A stretch of DNA of 64,000 bases from Longimicrobiales bacterium (lineage in GTDB: Bacteria > Gemmatimonadota > Gemmatimonadetes > Longimicrobiales > Gaopeijiaceae), in contig CAXXKM010000001.1 in NCBI GenBank assembly GCA_963664435.2, positions 800,001-864,000 of the forward strand, written 5' to 3'. Made by a program: the position numbers and the translations under genes. The notes beneath the pieces are model-generated. The model had not been told where the DNA came from and made no database searches. It saw only the letters and a program-made list of their open reading frames with translations. The stretch's first letter is position 1, and each line of letters starts with the position of its first letter. Positions 48,166 to 58,657 of this stretch are shown piece after piece.

Positions 48166-48239
48166 CGCGCACGGACCGCGTTGAGGGCCGCGCAGGGACG
48201 GCGTTGAGGGCCGCGCACGGACCGCGTTGAGGGCCGCGC
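48166..48239. repeat. 23-bp tandem repeat x3 between convergent genes
   Basis: CGCGCACGGACCGCGTTGAGGGC; the middle copy has 2 substitutions. Confidence 0.8.
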
Positions 48240-48263
48240 CTCGCCCGCGCGTTGGCTTCGCCT

Positions 48264-49778
48264 TCAGTTCGCCGGCACCGCCTCCATCAGCAGGCGCAGA
48301 GCCTCGTCGAGCGCCTGGCCCCCAGGTCCGGAGCCGCTGTAGTGTCCGATGCGCACCACCACCATGTCGTGCGTGGGGATGATGATGGTGCTTTGGCCCC
48401 CTGCTCCCGCCATGCGGAAGGCGCTCGTCGGGATCGGATAGCGGCCGTCACCGTTCACCCAGAAGAAGGCGCCTCCGTAGACCGGGCGCCCGTCGGCCAC
48501 CCAGGCGGGCGCGAGCGTGGACGCGTACTCGACGTATCCCTCCGGGAGAATGCGCTCGCCGTTCACGACGCCGTCCTGCAGATACAGGTTGCCGAGCCGC
48601 GCCCAGTCGCGCCCGCTCCCGAACCCGTATCCCTGCAGCAGGAAGTTGCCGTAGGGATCGGTCATCGCCACGAAGTTGCGCATCCCCAGCTTGTCGAAGA
48701 GATGGCGCTGCGGGAACTGGTGATAGTTCTCGCCCAGCTCCCCTTCAACGCCCAGGCGGACCAGGTAGTTGGTGAGCACGGGGTCGCAGTTCCGGTACCG
48801 CCCTACCGTGTCGGGCTCCCACTGCTGGTCCTTGCCGGCCGCCCACTCGAACGAGTTGACGGTGCCCGTATACAGGTACAGATGATCGGGGTATCCGATG
48901 TCCGGGTCATCGCCCGGATCGCCCAGGTTGCGGCAGCGCAGCCCGGAAGACATGCGCATGATGTCGCCGATGCGGATCGCCTGGCGCGGGTCGCCTTCGG
49001 ACTGCCACTCGGGAACGGGCGCGGACTGCCAGAGGTCGTAGACCCCCTTCTGGATCAGGATGCCCATGAGCGTGCCGGTCAGGCTCTTGTTCATCGACCA
49101 GCTTTCCAGCGGCGTGGTGTGGTCGATGCCCTCGCGGTAGCGCTCCCCGAGCAGGCGGCCCCGGTGGGTGACCACGAAGGCCGCGGTCAGCGCCTCGGGG
49201 GGCGCGAAGGCCGCCTCCACCGCCTGCGCGACCTTGTCCATGTCCACGTCGGCCGGGAAGGGCTCGTCCGGGAGCAGGTCGCCCAGCGGCCAGGGCGTGG
49301 TCTCCGCGTCGGGCAGGGTCGATACCACCTCGACCGTCTCGTAGTACGGCTCGTCCTCACCGATGGGGAGCGCCAGGCATCCCTGGTCGCCGTGCAGCTT
49401 GGCCGACCGCACCGTGCCGTCCGCGAGGGTGAGGTGCACGCGCCGGTTCTCGGAGTCGATCACCCGGTCGGTCACCGCGCCGCGGTACCGGGCGGGCGCG
49501 CTGAAGAAGCCGACGTGCTCGGCGGCGAAGTCCGGATCCAGCCCGGACAGGAAGACGTTGGAGCACAGGATCTTCGCGAACCCCGCCGTCGAATGCACCA
49601 CCGCGTCTCCCGGCGGCAGCACGTACGCTCCGGGCAGCTCGAGCTCGGCGGCGCGGGCGAGGAGTTGCGCCTGCGGATCTTCGGCTACCGGGTCGGGCGC
49701 GTCATCAGCCGGGGCGCAGCCGGCGGCGAGAATCGTGAGGCCGGCGAGGGAGGGCATCAGGCGGTGCAGCATCTTCAT
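48264..49778 (-). CDS. Serine hydrolase lipoprotein (beta-lactamase class C / NylB-like)
   Basis: Lipobox AAGC, SWSMNKS (SxxK), YRN, RDWARLG, MAGAGGQ. Confidence 0.87.
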   Translation of the reverse strand: MKMLHRLMPSLAGLTILAAGCAPADDAPDPVAEDPQAQLLARAAELELPGAYVLPPGDAVVHSTAGFAKILCSNVFLSGLDPDFAAEHVGFFSAPARYRGAVTDRVIDSENRRVHLTLADGTVRSAKLHGDQGCLALPIGEDEPYYETVEVVSTLPDAETTPWPLGDLLPDEPFPADVDMDKVAQAVEAAFAPPEALTAAFVVTHRGRLLGERYREGIDHTTPLESWSMNKSLTGTLMGILIQKGVYDLWQSAPVPEWQSEGDPRQAIRIGDIMRMSSGLRCRNLGDPGDDPDIGYPDHLYLYTGTVNSFEWAAGKDQQWEPDTVGRYRNCDPVLTNYLVRLGVEGELGENYHQFPQRHLFDKLGMRNFVAMTDPYGNFLLQGYGFGSGRDWARLGNLYLQDGVVNGERILPEGYVEYASTLAPAWVADGRPVYGGAFFWVNGDGRYPIPTSAFRMAGAGGQSTIIIPTHDMVVVRIGHYSGSGPGGQALDEALRLLMEAVPAN

Positions 49779-50002
49779 GACTCCGCTTGCGGGATGTGGC
49801 AAGGTGGAAACTCACCATAAGGAGGGGTAACCGGAGCAACAAGCGGAGTGGACGGATGCGCTGCCGCGTCGCCGCGGGCCGGAGGAGCAGCGGGCGGGCC
49901 TCAACTCCCTTTCCCGGCCCGGTGCGGAGCGCTAGTCTGAGCCTTCCGATCCGGGCTTCTTCCGGGCCCCGTGGAAGCACGAACTCTGGGGAGGCAGGCG
50001 TC

Positions 50003-50713
50003 CTGGATTCCTTCTTGGCCTCCGGCGACCCGGTGCGTCCGTTCGTGATCTTCGGGCGCACGCATCTGTTCTCGCTGGCCGTGCTCGCCGTGTTCGGCTT
50101 TGTGACCGTCCGCCTCGGGCAATCGGGAAGCGAAGGGACCCGGCGCCGGATCAAGCGGGGCATGAGCGCCGTGCTCCTGATCACCTTCGTGGAAGGACAC
50201 TTCTGGTACGCGTTCCACGGGGCATGGGTGGTGGCGGAGCGCCTCCCGCTGCACATGTGCGGAGCCATGGTCTGGGTCACCATCTACGGGTTGTGGACGG
50301 ACCGGCCGTGGACCCGTCCGCTCATGTACTATCTGGGAATCGCCGGGGCGGTCCAGGGGATCCTCCAGCCCGACAGCCCGTACGCACTGCCCCACGTGCG
50401 CTTCGTGTCGACGATGTTGTCCCACACCACGCTGGTGGTCGCGGGGCTGTGGGTGATCCTGGTGGAGAAGTACATGCCGGATCTTCGCTCGACCCTGCGC
50501 ACCTTCGCGCTGGTCCATGTCTACGCGGCGGTCATCTTCGTCTTCAACCTGCTCGTGGGCTCGAACTACCTGTACATCCTGGAGAAGCCGGCGTCCGCGT
50601 CGCTCATGGACATCTTCCCGGAGTGGCCGTGGTACCTGCTGGTGCTCGAGGGACTCCTCCTCGTCATCGTCGCCGGAATGTACCTGCCGTTCGCGCGCCC
50701 GCGCAGGGCCTGA
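50003..50713 (+). CDS. TIGR02206/YwaF family integral membrane protein
   Basis: FGRTHL, LPLHMC, NYLYILEKP..SLMDIF..WPWY; start uncertain (possible CTG after GGGGAGG). Confidence 0.8.
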   Translation: MDSFLASGDPVRPFVIFGRTHLFSLAVLAVFGFVTVRLGQSGSEGTRRRIKRGMSAVLLITFVEGHFWYAFHGAWVVAERLPLHMCGAMVWVTIYGLWTDRPWTRPLMYYLGIAGAVQGILQPDSPYALPHVRFVSTMLSHTTLVVAGLWVILVEKYMPDLRSTLRTFALVHVYAAVIFVFNLLVGSNYLYILEKPASASLMDIFPEWPWYLLVLEGLLLVIVAGMYLPFARPRRA

Positions 50714-50879
50714 GGCCGACTCGGCCCGGGTTCCGCCTCCCACCCTGCGTGGAATCCGGCCGAGCCGGGCCTGCTCTTTCCCTGCCTGTCCGGCAACGCT
50801 AATCTGACTGGTCCCGTCCGGGCTCCCTCTTCCGCTCCCTCGGGAAGCCCGCGCGCAAGGAGGCACATGTTGGATGTTC

Positions 50880-51194
50880 TTCCCCCCGGGCCCTCCGCAG
50901 TCCCTCTCGTGCTGCTCGACAGCGCCAACCTTCTCAACAACACCAGCCTCGCGGTCCTCGGGTTGCCGGTCATTTGCCCCGGCACCAAGCCCGGCGAGCC
51001 AGTCCGACAGAGGCGCCCGCTGGCGGGCACCCATTGCCCCGTACGCTGCGGCCAGGCCGCAGTCGGCGTCGCCTGATGGACACCTTTCCCGCCGTCCCTC
51101 GTATCTGCTCTTCTATCCGCTGATCCTCGAAGGACTCGTAACTCTCGTCGTAGTCGGGATGTACCTGCCGTTCGCGCGCCCGCGCGGCGTGTGA
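50880..51194 (+). pseudogene. Degenerate partial duplicate of the 3' half of the YwaF-like gene
   Basis: LILEGLVTLVVVGMYLPFARPRGV versus LVLEGLLLVIVAGMYLPFARPRRA; identical ATGTACCTGCCGTTCGCGCGCCCGCGC in both. Confidence 0.7.
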
Positions 51195-51236
51195 ACCGCG
51201 GTACACCGGGTTCCATCCTCAACCATGGAGGTCCTG

Positions 51237-52268
51237 ATGAAAGCAGGCACCAGAGAGGGCCGCGCCATCGCTGTCCTCCTGATCCTCGCGGTGCTGCCGT
51301 GCTGGATGCCGGCAGACGTAGCCGCGCAGGAGGACGATCCCGACTATCTGGCAACCTACTCCATCATCGCGCGCGACCCGGGCACCGGCCAACTGGGCAT
51401 GGGGGTTCAGTCCAAGGCCTTCGCGGCCGGCAACCGGGCCATGCACGCGAAAGGTGGTGTGGCGGTCATCGCCCACCAGGCGTCCGCCAACCCCATGTAC
51501 GGTGCCATCGGCGTCGACCTGATCGAGCGCGGCTACAGTCCGCAGGAAGCGCTCGACATGATGGTGGCGAGCGACGAGGGGCGCGACCGGCGCCAGGTGG
51601 CAATCCTCGACATGGAGGGCCGCACGGCGGCCTGGACCGGCACCGGCGCCAGCGACTGGAAGGGCCACCGCTGCGGCATGGACTACTGCGCGCAGGGCAA
51701 CATTCTGGCGGGTCCCGAAGTGGTCGACGCCATGGCGGCTTCCTTCGAGTCGTCCAGCGGTCCGCTGGCGGAGCGGCTCATGGACGCCCTCGACGCCGCT
51801 GAGGCTGCCGGGGGCGATGCACGCGGCAAGCAGTCGGGCGCCATCCTGGTGGTGGTTCCGCACGCGGGGAGCGGTGGGTTCAGCGACCGGGTGGTGGACA
51901 TCCGGGTGGACGACCATCCCCGGCCGCTGGAGGAACTGCGGCGCGTGCTCAACCTCTTCCGGTCCGGCCAGATGGTGCGCAGCGCCAATGCGAGCATGGC
52001 GCAGGGGAACCTGGAGGAGGCCCTGGCCACCGCCGCCGCCGCGCGCGACCAGTCGCCTGAAAACGACAACGCCTGGGTGGCCCTGGCCGCCGTACAGGCG
52101 CGGATGGGACGGGATGCCGACGCGCTCGATTCACTCCGCCGGGCGGTCGAACTGAATCCCGGTCGCATGCGCACCCTGCCCCGGGACCGAAACTTCGAGA
52201 GTCTCCACGAGAGCCCGGACTTCCGGCGGCTGGTTGGCGCCGATGATCCCGGTGCGAGTGCTCGTTGA
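51237..52268 (+). CDS. DUF1028 (Ntn-hydrolase-like) secreted protein with C-terminal TPR
   Basis: ATYSIIARDP.TGQLG.GVQS, RRQVAI, AQGNILAG, AGGDARGKQSGA, DIRVDDH. Confidence 0.87.
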   Translation: MKAGTREGRAIAVLLILAVLPCWMPADVAAQEDDPDYLATYSIIARDPGTGQLGMGVQSKAFAAGNRAMHAKGGVAVIAHQASANPMYGAIGVDLIERGYSPQEALDMMVASDEGRDRRQVAILDMEGRTAAWTGTGASDWKGHRCGMDYCAQGNILAGPEVVDAMAASFESSSGPLAERLMDALDAAEAAGGDARGKQSGAILVVVPHAGSGGFSDRVVDIRVDDHPRPLEELRRVLNLFRSGQMVRSANASMAQGNLEEALATAAAARDQSPENDNAWVALAAVQARMGRDADALDSLRRAVELNPGRMRTLPRDRNFESLHESPDFRRLVGADDPGASAR

Positions 52269-52348
52269 TGGATAGTGTAGCGAATAATCATCGTGGGGGT
52301 CTCGCTCGAATCAAGTTTCCCCCAAGTACCATGAGCCCGGAGGTCCTG

Positions 52349-55300
52349 ATGTTCGACTTTTGTCTGCGAGGTCTAAACGCAAACTGGACGGCTGTGCGGG
52401 GAGTTGCGCGAAGTACGCCATTCTTCGTGGCGTGCCTTTTCGCGCTGTTGCCCGGCGCCGCGGTGGCGCAGAACACCGCAACGGTGACCGGTCTGGTCTC
52501 CGACCCGAACAGCCTTACGCCCCTGAGCGGTGTCGAGATCCAGGTCGAGGGTACCGGCATCAATGTGGCCACGAACAACGACGGGAGATTCATTCTCCTG
52601 AACGTCCCGGTCGGGGACGTCGTTATCACGGCTACGCTGATCGGCCGCCGCACCGTGGAGCAGGCGGTGACGGTCACGGCCGACACCCCGACTGAAGTGA
52701 ACTTCCTCCTGGTCGAGACCGCCATCAACCTCGATGAGATCGTGGTTACCGGGACGGCAGGGGAGCAGCAGGCCCGTTCGCTCGGGACCACGGTCGGATC
52801 CCTCCCGGTGGCCGAAACGCAGATGATCGCTCCCCGGGACAACTTCGAGACCATGCTGGGGGGCGCTGTTCCGGGCGTGAACGTGGCCTACGGCGGCGGC
52901 CACGTCGGGGGCGGCAACAACATCCGCATCCGGGGAGCCGGATCCATGGTCCTCTCGGGGCAGCCGCTCATCTACATTGACGGTGTCCGGGTGAACAGCG
53001 GCGGACCGGGAGCCGAGGGATCTCTCGGCGTGGGCACGCAGAGTCCGTCCACGCGACTGAACGACATCAGCCCGGAACTCATCGAGTCCCTCGAGATCAT
53101 CAAGGGTCCGGCGGCGGCTACGCTCTACGGGACGGAGGCGTCGAACGGGGTCATCAACATCATCACCAAGCGAGGCGCCCGGGGAGCCCCCGTATTCACT
53201 CTGACGACGAAGGTCGGGCAGAACTGGTATCGGGATCCCAAGGAGCATTGGCCGGGGAGCTTCTACACCTGCACTGGCCGCGGGACGGATCCGTGCACTC
53301 CCGGCGAGATCGTGGAGGTGAACGTCTTCAAGCGCGACTACGAGGTCCTCGGCATGGAGCACTTCCAGGTCGGCATGCCCATGGGAAGCGTTGGTACCGT
53401 CTCGGGAGGCACCGACGCGGTCCGGTATCACTTCACGCTGGGCTGGGACTTTGATGAAGGACCCGTCCCGAACAATACCAACAACAGGTTGGACGCGCGC
53501 GCGAACCTCAACTGGCTGCCCCGCGACGACCTGACGGTGGACTTCGGCTTCGGGGGGATTCGCTCCGAGCTGCACACCACGACGGGGCGCCAGCCCGCGC
53601 GTGTCACCGGGTTCCACTGGTCGTGCCCCGGCGGCGGTTGCGAGATCGGTACCGGGACGCCCAACGCCCTTGATGGTGCTTTCCGCGGCTATATCGCGTA
53701 TCTGCCGGACCTGTACGACGAGTTGCTCGATTCCGGTCAGAAGGTCTATCGCAACATCTATACGCTTTCGGCCACGCATCGCCCGTTCGAATGGCTCACC
53801 CACCGGTTGGTCGTGGGACTGGACCAGGCGGAGACCAACGGTTTCCGGCTCAACCGCCACTCGTCGGGGCGGGTTGGCATCAGCGGCCGTCAGGGCGACA
53901 AGAGACTCGAGTTTCGCAACACGGACAACTACAGCTTCGACTACTCCGGCACGTTGACCTACGAGCCTTTTGCCGGGCTCTCGCTGGCGACATCGTCCGG
54001 CGCCCAGTACTACGAGCGGTCCTCGGAGTGGCTCGCGGGGCGTGGCTCACGTTTTGCGGTTCCCAGTCTGGAGACGATCTCCGCCGGAGAAGTCCGAGAG
54101 ACATCCGACGGGTTTTCAAGCAACAAGACCGTCGGGGTGTATGTCCAGGAACAAGCCTCCTGGCAGAACCGGATCTTCCTGACCGGTGCTCTCCGGGGAG
54201 ACGACAACTCGGCCTTCGGGGCGGACTACGACTTCGTGGTCTATCCCAAGCTGAGCGCAAGCTGGGTGGTCTCGGAGGAGGCCGCGCTGGAGGGGTTGGA
54301 CTGGCTCAACTCGCTGCGGCTCCGGGCAGCCTGGGGGAAAGCCGGACAGCAGCCCGATCAGTTCGCTGCGGTGAGGCTCTATAACCCGGAGCCGGGATTC
54401 CAGGGCGCGGGCGGCGTGACTCCCGCGACGATCGGAAACTCCGACGTGCAACCCGAGGTTGGCGTGGAGACCGAGATCGGCTTCGATGCCGGGTTCTTCA
54501 ACGACCGGGTCGGCCTCGAGTTCACCTACTACGACCAGAGGCGGACGGACGCCCTGATCAGCGTTCCGGTGAAGCCTTCGACCGGCTTCCCCGGCTCCCA
54601 GCTGAGGAATATCGGAGAGATTCAGAACGAAGGAATCGAGCTGGGCCTCAATGTGGATGCATACCAGGGTTCGATGCTGGGGGTCGAGTTCGGCCTGGCG
54701 GTCCACATGAACAGGAACGAGGTGCTCGATCTGGGCGGACTGGCACCGATTCCGGTGTTCGGACGAAACTTCACCACCGGGTGGACGGGCCAGCGCCACG
54801 CAGTGGGCTTCCCGCTCGGGTCAATTTTCCTGCCCGTGGTGGTGTCGTCCGACATCGTGGGCACGGGCTTGCAGGCACGCGCGACAAACGTGATGTGCGA
54901 GAGCGGTCCGATCGCAGCTCCGGGCACCCGAATCACCCGGGGAGGAGGTCCTCCCGTGCCGTGCACGAGCGGAGAGACCGCTCCCGAGGTCTACCGAGGC
55001 TCGACTGTTCCAACACGCGAACTGGCTTTCAACGCGACCGTTTCGGTACAGGACAACACTCGCTTCTACGTCGACCTGCAATACGTCGGCGGGCACACCA
55101 TGGTGGACGGGATCACGGCCGGCTCCCACCTGTTCTTCCGGAACACGAAGGCGATCAACGAGAAAACCGACCCGATCTTCCTCGGCTACGACGAAATCGG
55201 CGAAGTCAACCCGTCGGGGATCTTCGACGCCTCCCAACTCACGATGCGCAGCGTGTCGCTGAGCCACACCTTCTCGGGTGAGATGGCCGCGAGACTCGGT

Positions 55301-55507
55301 GCCTCCCGGCTCAACCTGACGCTCTCGGGTCAGAACCTGTGGAGGGTCTGGAGAGCGCAGGGTGAGGCCTTCGGGCACCCCATCGTCGATTCGGAGATTC
55401 GGGATACTGGTGCAAGGAGCACCGACCCCGGAGGGATTTCGGCCTATACGCAGGACGGTTTCCCGATGTTCAAGCGTTTCCTGGCGACCGTGCGGGTGAC
55501 CTGGTGA
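52349..55507 (+). CDS. SusC/RagA-type TonB-dependent outer-membrane transporter
   Basis: LDEIVVTG, PLIYIDG, IESLEIIKGPAAATLYGTEASNGVINIITKRG, C-terminal W; RBS GGAGG. Confidence 0.92.
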   Translation: MFDFCLRGLNANWTAVRGVARSTPFFVACLFALLPGAAVAQNTATVTGLVSDPNSLTPLSGVEIQVEGTGINVATNNDGRFILLNVPVGDVVITATLIGRRTVEQAVTVTADTPTEVNFLLVETAINLDEIVVTGTAGEQQARSLGTTVGSLPVAETQMIAPRDNFETMLGGAVPGVNVAYGGGHVGGGNNIRIRGAGSMVLSGQPLIYIDGVRVNSGGPGAEGSLGVGTQSPSTRLNDISPELIESLEIIKGPAAATLYGTEASNGVINIITKRGARGAPVFTLTTKVGQNWYRDPKEHWPGSFYTCTGRGTDPCTPGEIVEVNVFKRDYEVLGMEHFQVGMPMGSVGTVSGGTDAVRYHFTLGWDFDEGPVPNNTNNRLDARANLNWLPRDDLTVDFGFGGIRSELHTTTGRQPARVTGFHWSCPGGGCEIGTGTPNALDGAFRGYIAYLPDLYDELLDSGQKVYRNIYTLSATHRPFEWLTHRLVVGLDQAETNGFRLNRHSSGRVGISGRQGDKRLEFRNTDNYSFDYSGTLTYEPFAGLSLATSSGAQYYERSSEWLAGRGSRFAVPSLETISAGEVRETSDGFSSNKTVGVYVQEQASWQNRIFLTGALRGDDNSAFGADYDFVVYPKLSASWVVSEEAALEGLDWLNSLRLRAAWGKAGQQPDQFAAVRLYNPEPGFQGAGGVTPATIGNSDVQPEVGVETEIGFDAGFFNDRVGLEFTYYDQRRTDALISVPVKPSTGFPGSQLRNIGEIQNEGIELGLNVDAYQGSMLGVEFGLAVHMNRNEVLDLGGLAPIPVFGRNFTTGWTGQRHAVGFPLGSIFLPVVVSSDIVGTGLQARATNVMCESGPIAAPGTRITRGGGPPVPCTSGETAPEVYRGSTVPTRELAFNATVSVQDNTRFYVDLQYVGGHTMVDGITAGSHLFFRNTKAINEKTDPIFLGYDEIGEVNPSGIFDASQLTMRSVSLSHTFSGEMAARLGASRLNLTLSGQNLWRVWRAQGEAFGHPIVDSEIRDTGARSTDPGGISAYTQDGFPMFKRFLATVRVTW

Positions 55508-55575
55508 TGGGCGCGCGGATGGAGGGATCCGGAAACGGATTGTTGATTCCAGACGAAACCACAGAGGGACCTGTC

Positions 55576-56907
55576 ATGAATAGATTGATCGAGATGGTGC
55601 CGTGGTCGTGGAGGCTGCGCGGCGTTGTGGCGCTTTTTGTGGCCCTTGGGCTGGCGGGGTGCGACACTGCCGACCTCCTCGAAGTGGATCTTCCGGGTAA
55701 TGTCACGGCCGAGGACATCGAGGATCCCGGCTTGGCGGGGACCCTGCGGGTATCCGCCATCGGCGACTTCGAGTGGGCGTGGGATGAGTACGTGGATTTC
55801 GCAGCCAAACACTCGGACGAGTACATTCAGTCATCAGGGAACTTCACCGGAAGGCGGCTGCAGCTCCGCGACATTCCGGCGAATCTCCCACAGTATCAGG
55901 ACAATATCTTTGGCCGGCTCCATCGGGCGAGGGTCATGCTCGAGAGCCATTTTGACCGTCTTCAGACCTTTTCCGACGCCGATGTCCCGAACCGGACCCA
56001 ATACCTGGCCGAGATGCGGACGTACGGGGGCTTCATCTACGTGGTCTTCGGCGAGGGCTTCTGCGGAACGCCGCTCAACGGAGACGGGGTGGTCCGGACA
56101 CCGGAACAGCTCCTGGAGATCGCCGTGGAGCAGTTCTCGGAGGCCCTGAGTATCGCGGGGTCGCTGGGGACGGGCCGGGGTCAGGCACTGGTGCAGGCGG
56201 CACGTATTGGCCGCGCCCGGGCGTATCTCGACCTGCAGCAGTACTCCAGCGCCATCGCCGACGCGCAGTCGATAGTGGACGATCCCGCTCTTGATTTCTA
56301 CGCGACCCGGGAGTATGGCGAAAACCGGCGCGAGAACTCGATGGCGAACACGAACGAACTCGATACCAACCAGCAGTCGACGGTAGCCCCGAGCTACCGC
56401 AACGTACAATGGAAGGGCATGCCCGACCCCCGGGTGACGGTCATGGAAACCGGACTTATCGGCCACGACAACGCGACGATCGTCTGGCGCCACAACAAGA
56501 CGCCCGAGAGTTTTGTCGCGGGCGCGGCTCAGGACGTCATCATTGCCTCGTCGCGTGAGGCGCGCATGATCATTGCCGAGGCCTCGGCAATCACAGGAGA
56601 CCTGGCCACGGCGATCAGTATTCTCGACGGCTTCCACACCGCTGCCGGAATTCCGCCGGTGACCGCTGAAGACCTGCCCACCCAGGACGATGTCATTCGG
56701 CAAGTGATCGAAGAGCGCCGGCGAGAGTTTTTCGTTGAAGGCGGTCATCGCCAGAGAGACCATCTGCGCTGGCGGGGTACGCAGTTCAATATCCCATACC
56801 TCGGTGAACCCGGCTCCGATCACCCGGACGGGGTCGACCAGTATGGTCAGGTGTACGGCACGACCACTTGTTTCCCAATCGCTCAGAACGAGCAGGTAGG
56901 AAGCTGA
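55576..56907 (+). CDS. RagB/SusD-like lipoprotein
   Basis: Lipobox LAGC, ARAYL, EARMIIAEA, IEERRREFFVEGGHR.RD. Confidence 0.85.
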   Translation: MNRLIEMVPWSWRLRGVVALFVALGLAGCDTADLLEVDLPGNVTAEDIEDPGLAGTLRVSAIGDFEWAWDEYVDFAAKHSDEYIQSSGNFTGRRLQLRDIPANLPQYQDNIFGRLHRARVMLESHFDRLQTFSDADVPNRTQYLAEMRTYGGFIYVVFGEGFCGTPLNGDGVVRTPEQLLEIAVEQFSEALSIAGSLGTGRGQALVQAARIGRARAYLDLQQYSSAIADAQSIVDDPALDFYATREYGENRRENSMANTNELDTNQQSTVAPSYRNVQWKGMPDPRVTVMETGLIGHDNATIVWRHNKTPESFVAGAAQDVIIASSREARMIIAEASAITGDLATAISILDGFHTAAGIPPVTAEDLPTQDDVIRQVIEERRREFFVEGGHRQRDHLRWRGTQFNIPYLGEPGSDHPDGVDQYGQVYGTTTCFPIAQNEQVGS

Positions 56908-57038
56908 TCTGACATCCTGCGGAAGCCGATTCGGCTCTCCCTCGCGGGGGGCCGGAGGCTTCCGCAGGGTGCGGAGGCCGGTACCAGCCTGGCAGGCGAG
57001 AGTTCGGGTCCATCGTGCGGCCCCGGGCTCTCCGCCGT

Positions 57039-57809
57039 CTATCCGCCCCGGTTCATCGTTTCAACGAGGATGACGCCCGCTGCGGCACCCGGGTACCGCG
57101 ATGTCGATGCGGGTCCGCGCAGCACCCGGATCCGCGTCACGGACGTGGCGGGTATCTGCTCGAGGGTCAACATCGCCCGATCCTGTCCGCCGGCGTCGAT
57201 TCGGACGCCGTCCAGGAAGATCTGCGGTTCCTCGCTGAGGAGGAACGAGTTCACGCCCCGAAGCCGAATCCTCACTCCGGTCCCGACTCCACCCTGCGGC
57301 TGCTGGGCCGCGACGCCCGGCACGCCGGTCAGCAGAAGGTCGGCGGCGGTTCGTGACCTCGCACCCGTCCCTGTTACGCGCGCTTCCGAGTGTCCGCGCC
57401 CACGATCGTCGACTCGCGGCACTTCCACCAGGAGCTGATCGAGCACGACCGAGACACGATGGACATGAAAGTGGATCAGCGACTCCTCCATGGGAGCGAT
57501 TTCCACCGTTTCGACCAGGGTGCTGAATCCGTCCCCTTCGACGCGCACCACCACCTCCCCGGCGGGTACGTTGAGGAGCCGAAACCACCCGTCGGCGTCC
57601 GTACGAGTGCGGTGGTGGATGAATTCCGGGAGCGCCACAAGGGCATCGGACACCGGCTCAAGGCCCTCCTGATCCAGCACCAGGCCCATGACCGAGCCGG
57701 TGTCCTGAAGCCCGGCTGCGCCCTGGGCAGGCGTAAGAAAAGCCACCAGCGCAAACACGCCGGAGGAGACTCGTCGCGCGGCTTGGAGTGGACGCGTTAC
57801 CACTGGCAC
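57039..57809 (-). CDS. Secreted protein with carboxypeptidase-regulatory-like and TonB plug domains, no beta-barrel
   Basis: IRLRGVNS..EPQIFLDG..IRVLRGPAS..AAAGVILVET followed by stop; start approximate. Confidence 0.75.
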   Translation of the reverse strand: MPVVTRPLQAARRVSSGVFALVAFLTPAQGAAGLQDTGSVMGLVLDQEGLEPVSDALVALPEFIHHRTRTDADGWFRLLNVPAGEVVVRVEGDGFSTLVETVEIAPMEESLIHFHVHRVSVVLDQLLVEVPRVDDRGRGHSEARVTGTGARSRTAADLLLTGVPGVAAQQPQGGVGTGVRIRLRGVNSFLLSEEPQIFLDGVRIDAGGQDRAMLTLEQIPATSVTRIRVLRGPASTSRYPGAAAGVILVETMNRGG

Positions 57810-57891
57810 TCTTTCCAACCGGTGTTCCTTCCCTCTGGACACTTCCTCTACCGGTACCCACTCAAGACGAAAAGCTTCCGCATCCGGCCCC

Positions 57892-58578
57892 TCAATACCC
57901 CACCCCGATCGCCCCGCACAGCCACCGCTGGAAAGGCGCGGCGGCGCGGCACAGTCGGGTGAACTCATCGAGGAATCCCTCGGACCAGACGTCGTCCTCA
58001 GTGAGGTGCGCGACTCCGATGAAGTCCTTGCGCCGAAGATCGACGATGAGCGGATGGTCGACGCTGAAGCCCCTGGGCGCGCGGACGAGGGAATCGCCCG
58101 ACAGCTCGAACGACGCCCGAAAGCCTTTGTCCCGCGAGGCCTCCAGCCACGCATCCGGGTCATCGTCGATGGCTTCCCGGATCTTCCGCAGCGCGGGGCC
58201 GCCGGGGCGCCAGCTGCCGCAGCCCACGAAGACGCTGCCCGGCTCCAGGTGCAGATAGAAGCCGGGCGCGTGCGCGTCCCTTCCGGCCTCGTGGCGGAAC
58301 TGGATGCCCGTGTATGTCTTGTAGGGGCTCTTGTCCCTGGAGAAGCGCGTGTCCCGGTAGATGCGGAACAGGGATCCGCCGTTGGCCCTGGGATCCGCGC
58401 GAAAACGGGCGCTGATGCGCGCGAGGTGGGGGCCGAAATCCGAGATGAACCGGAGGGCCGGCGCCTTCACATCTCCCTCGTAGCGCGGCTTGTTCAACGC
58501 GAACCACTCGCGGTTGTTGTTTGCGGCGAGCTCAGTGAGGAATTCGAAGGTGGCCTGGGTGAAGTGGGCGCGGTCCAT
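57892..58578 (-). CDS. DUF2461 / TIGR02453 family protein
   Basis: FLTELAANNNREWF, FRIYRDTRFSRDKSPYK, FYLHL, PRGF..LRRK. Confidence 0.9.
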   Translation of the reverse strand: MDRAHFTQATFEFLTELAANNNREWFALNKPRYEGDVKAPALRFISDFGPHLARISARFRADPRANGGSLFRIYRDTRFSRDKSPYKTYTGIQFRHEAGRDAHAPGFYLHLEPGSVFVGCGSWRPGGPALRKIREAIDDDPDAWLEASRDKGFRASFELSGDSLVRAPRGFSVDHPLIVDLRRKDFIGVAHLTEDDVWSEGFLDEFTRLCRAAAPFQRWLCGAIGVGY

Positions 58579-58657
58579 GGGCGTGTAGGAGTTGGAGGGT
58601 GATCGATGCGGGCGCCTAAGCTAACACCGTGGACCGGGGTGTCGGGTCAGTGCGCCG

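Noticed and set aside
48166..48239. Possible CRISPR array
   Set aside because: The repeats are directly adjacent with no spacers, and there are no cas genes.
50590..51194. Possible diversity-generating retroelement VR/TR pair
   Set aside because: Differences between the copies are not confined to adenines, include indels, and no reverse transcriptase is present in the window.
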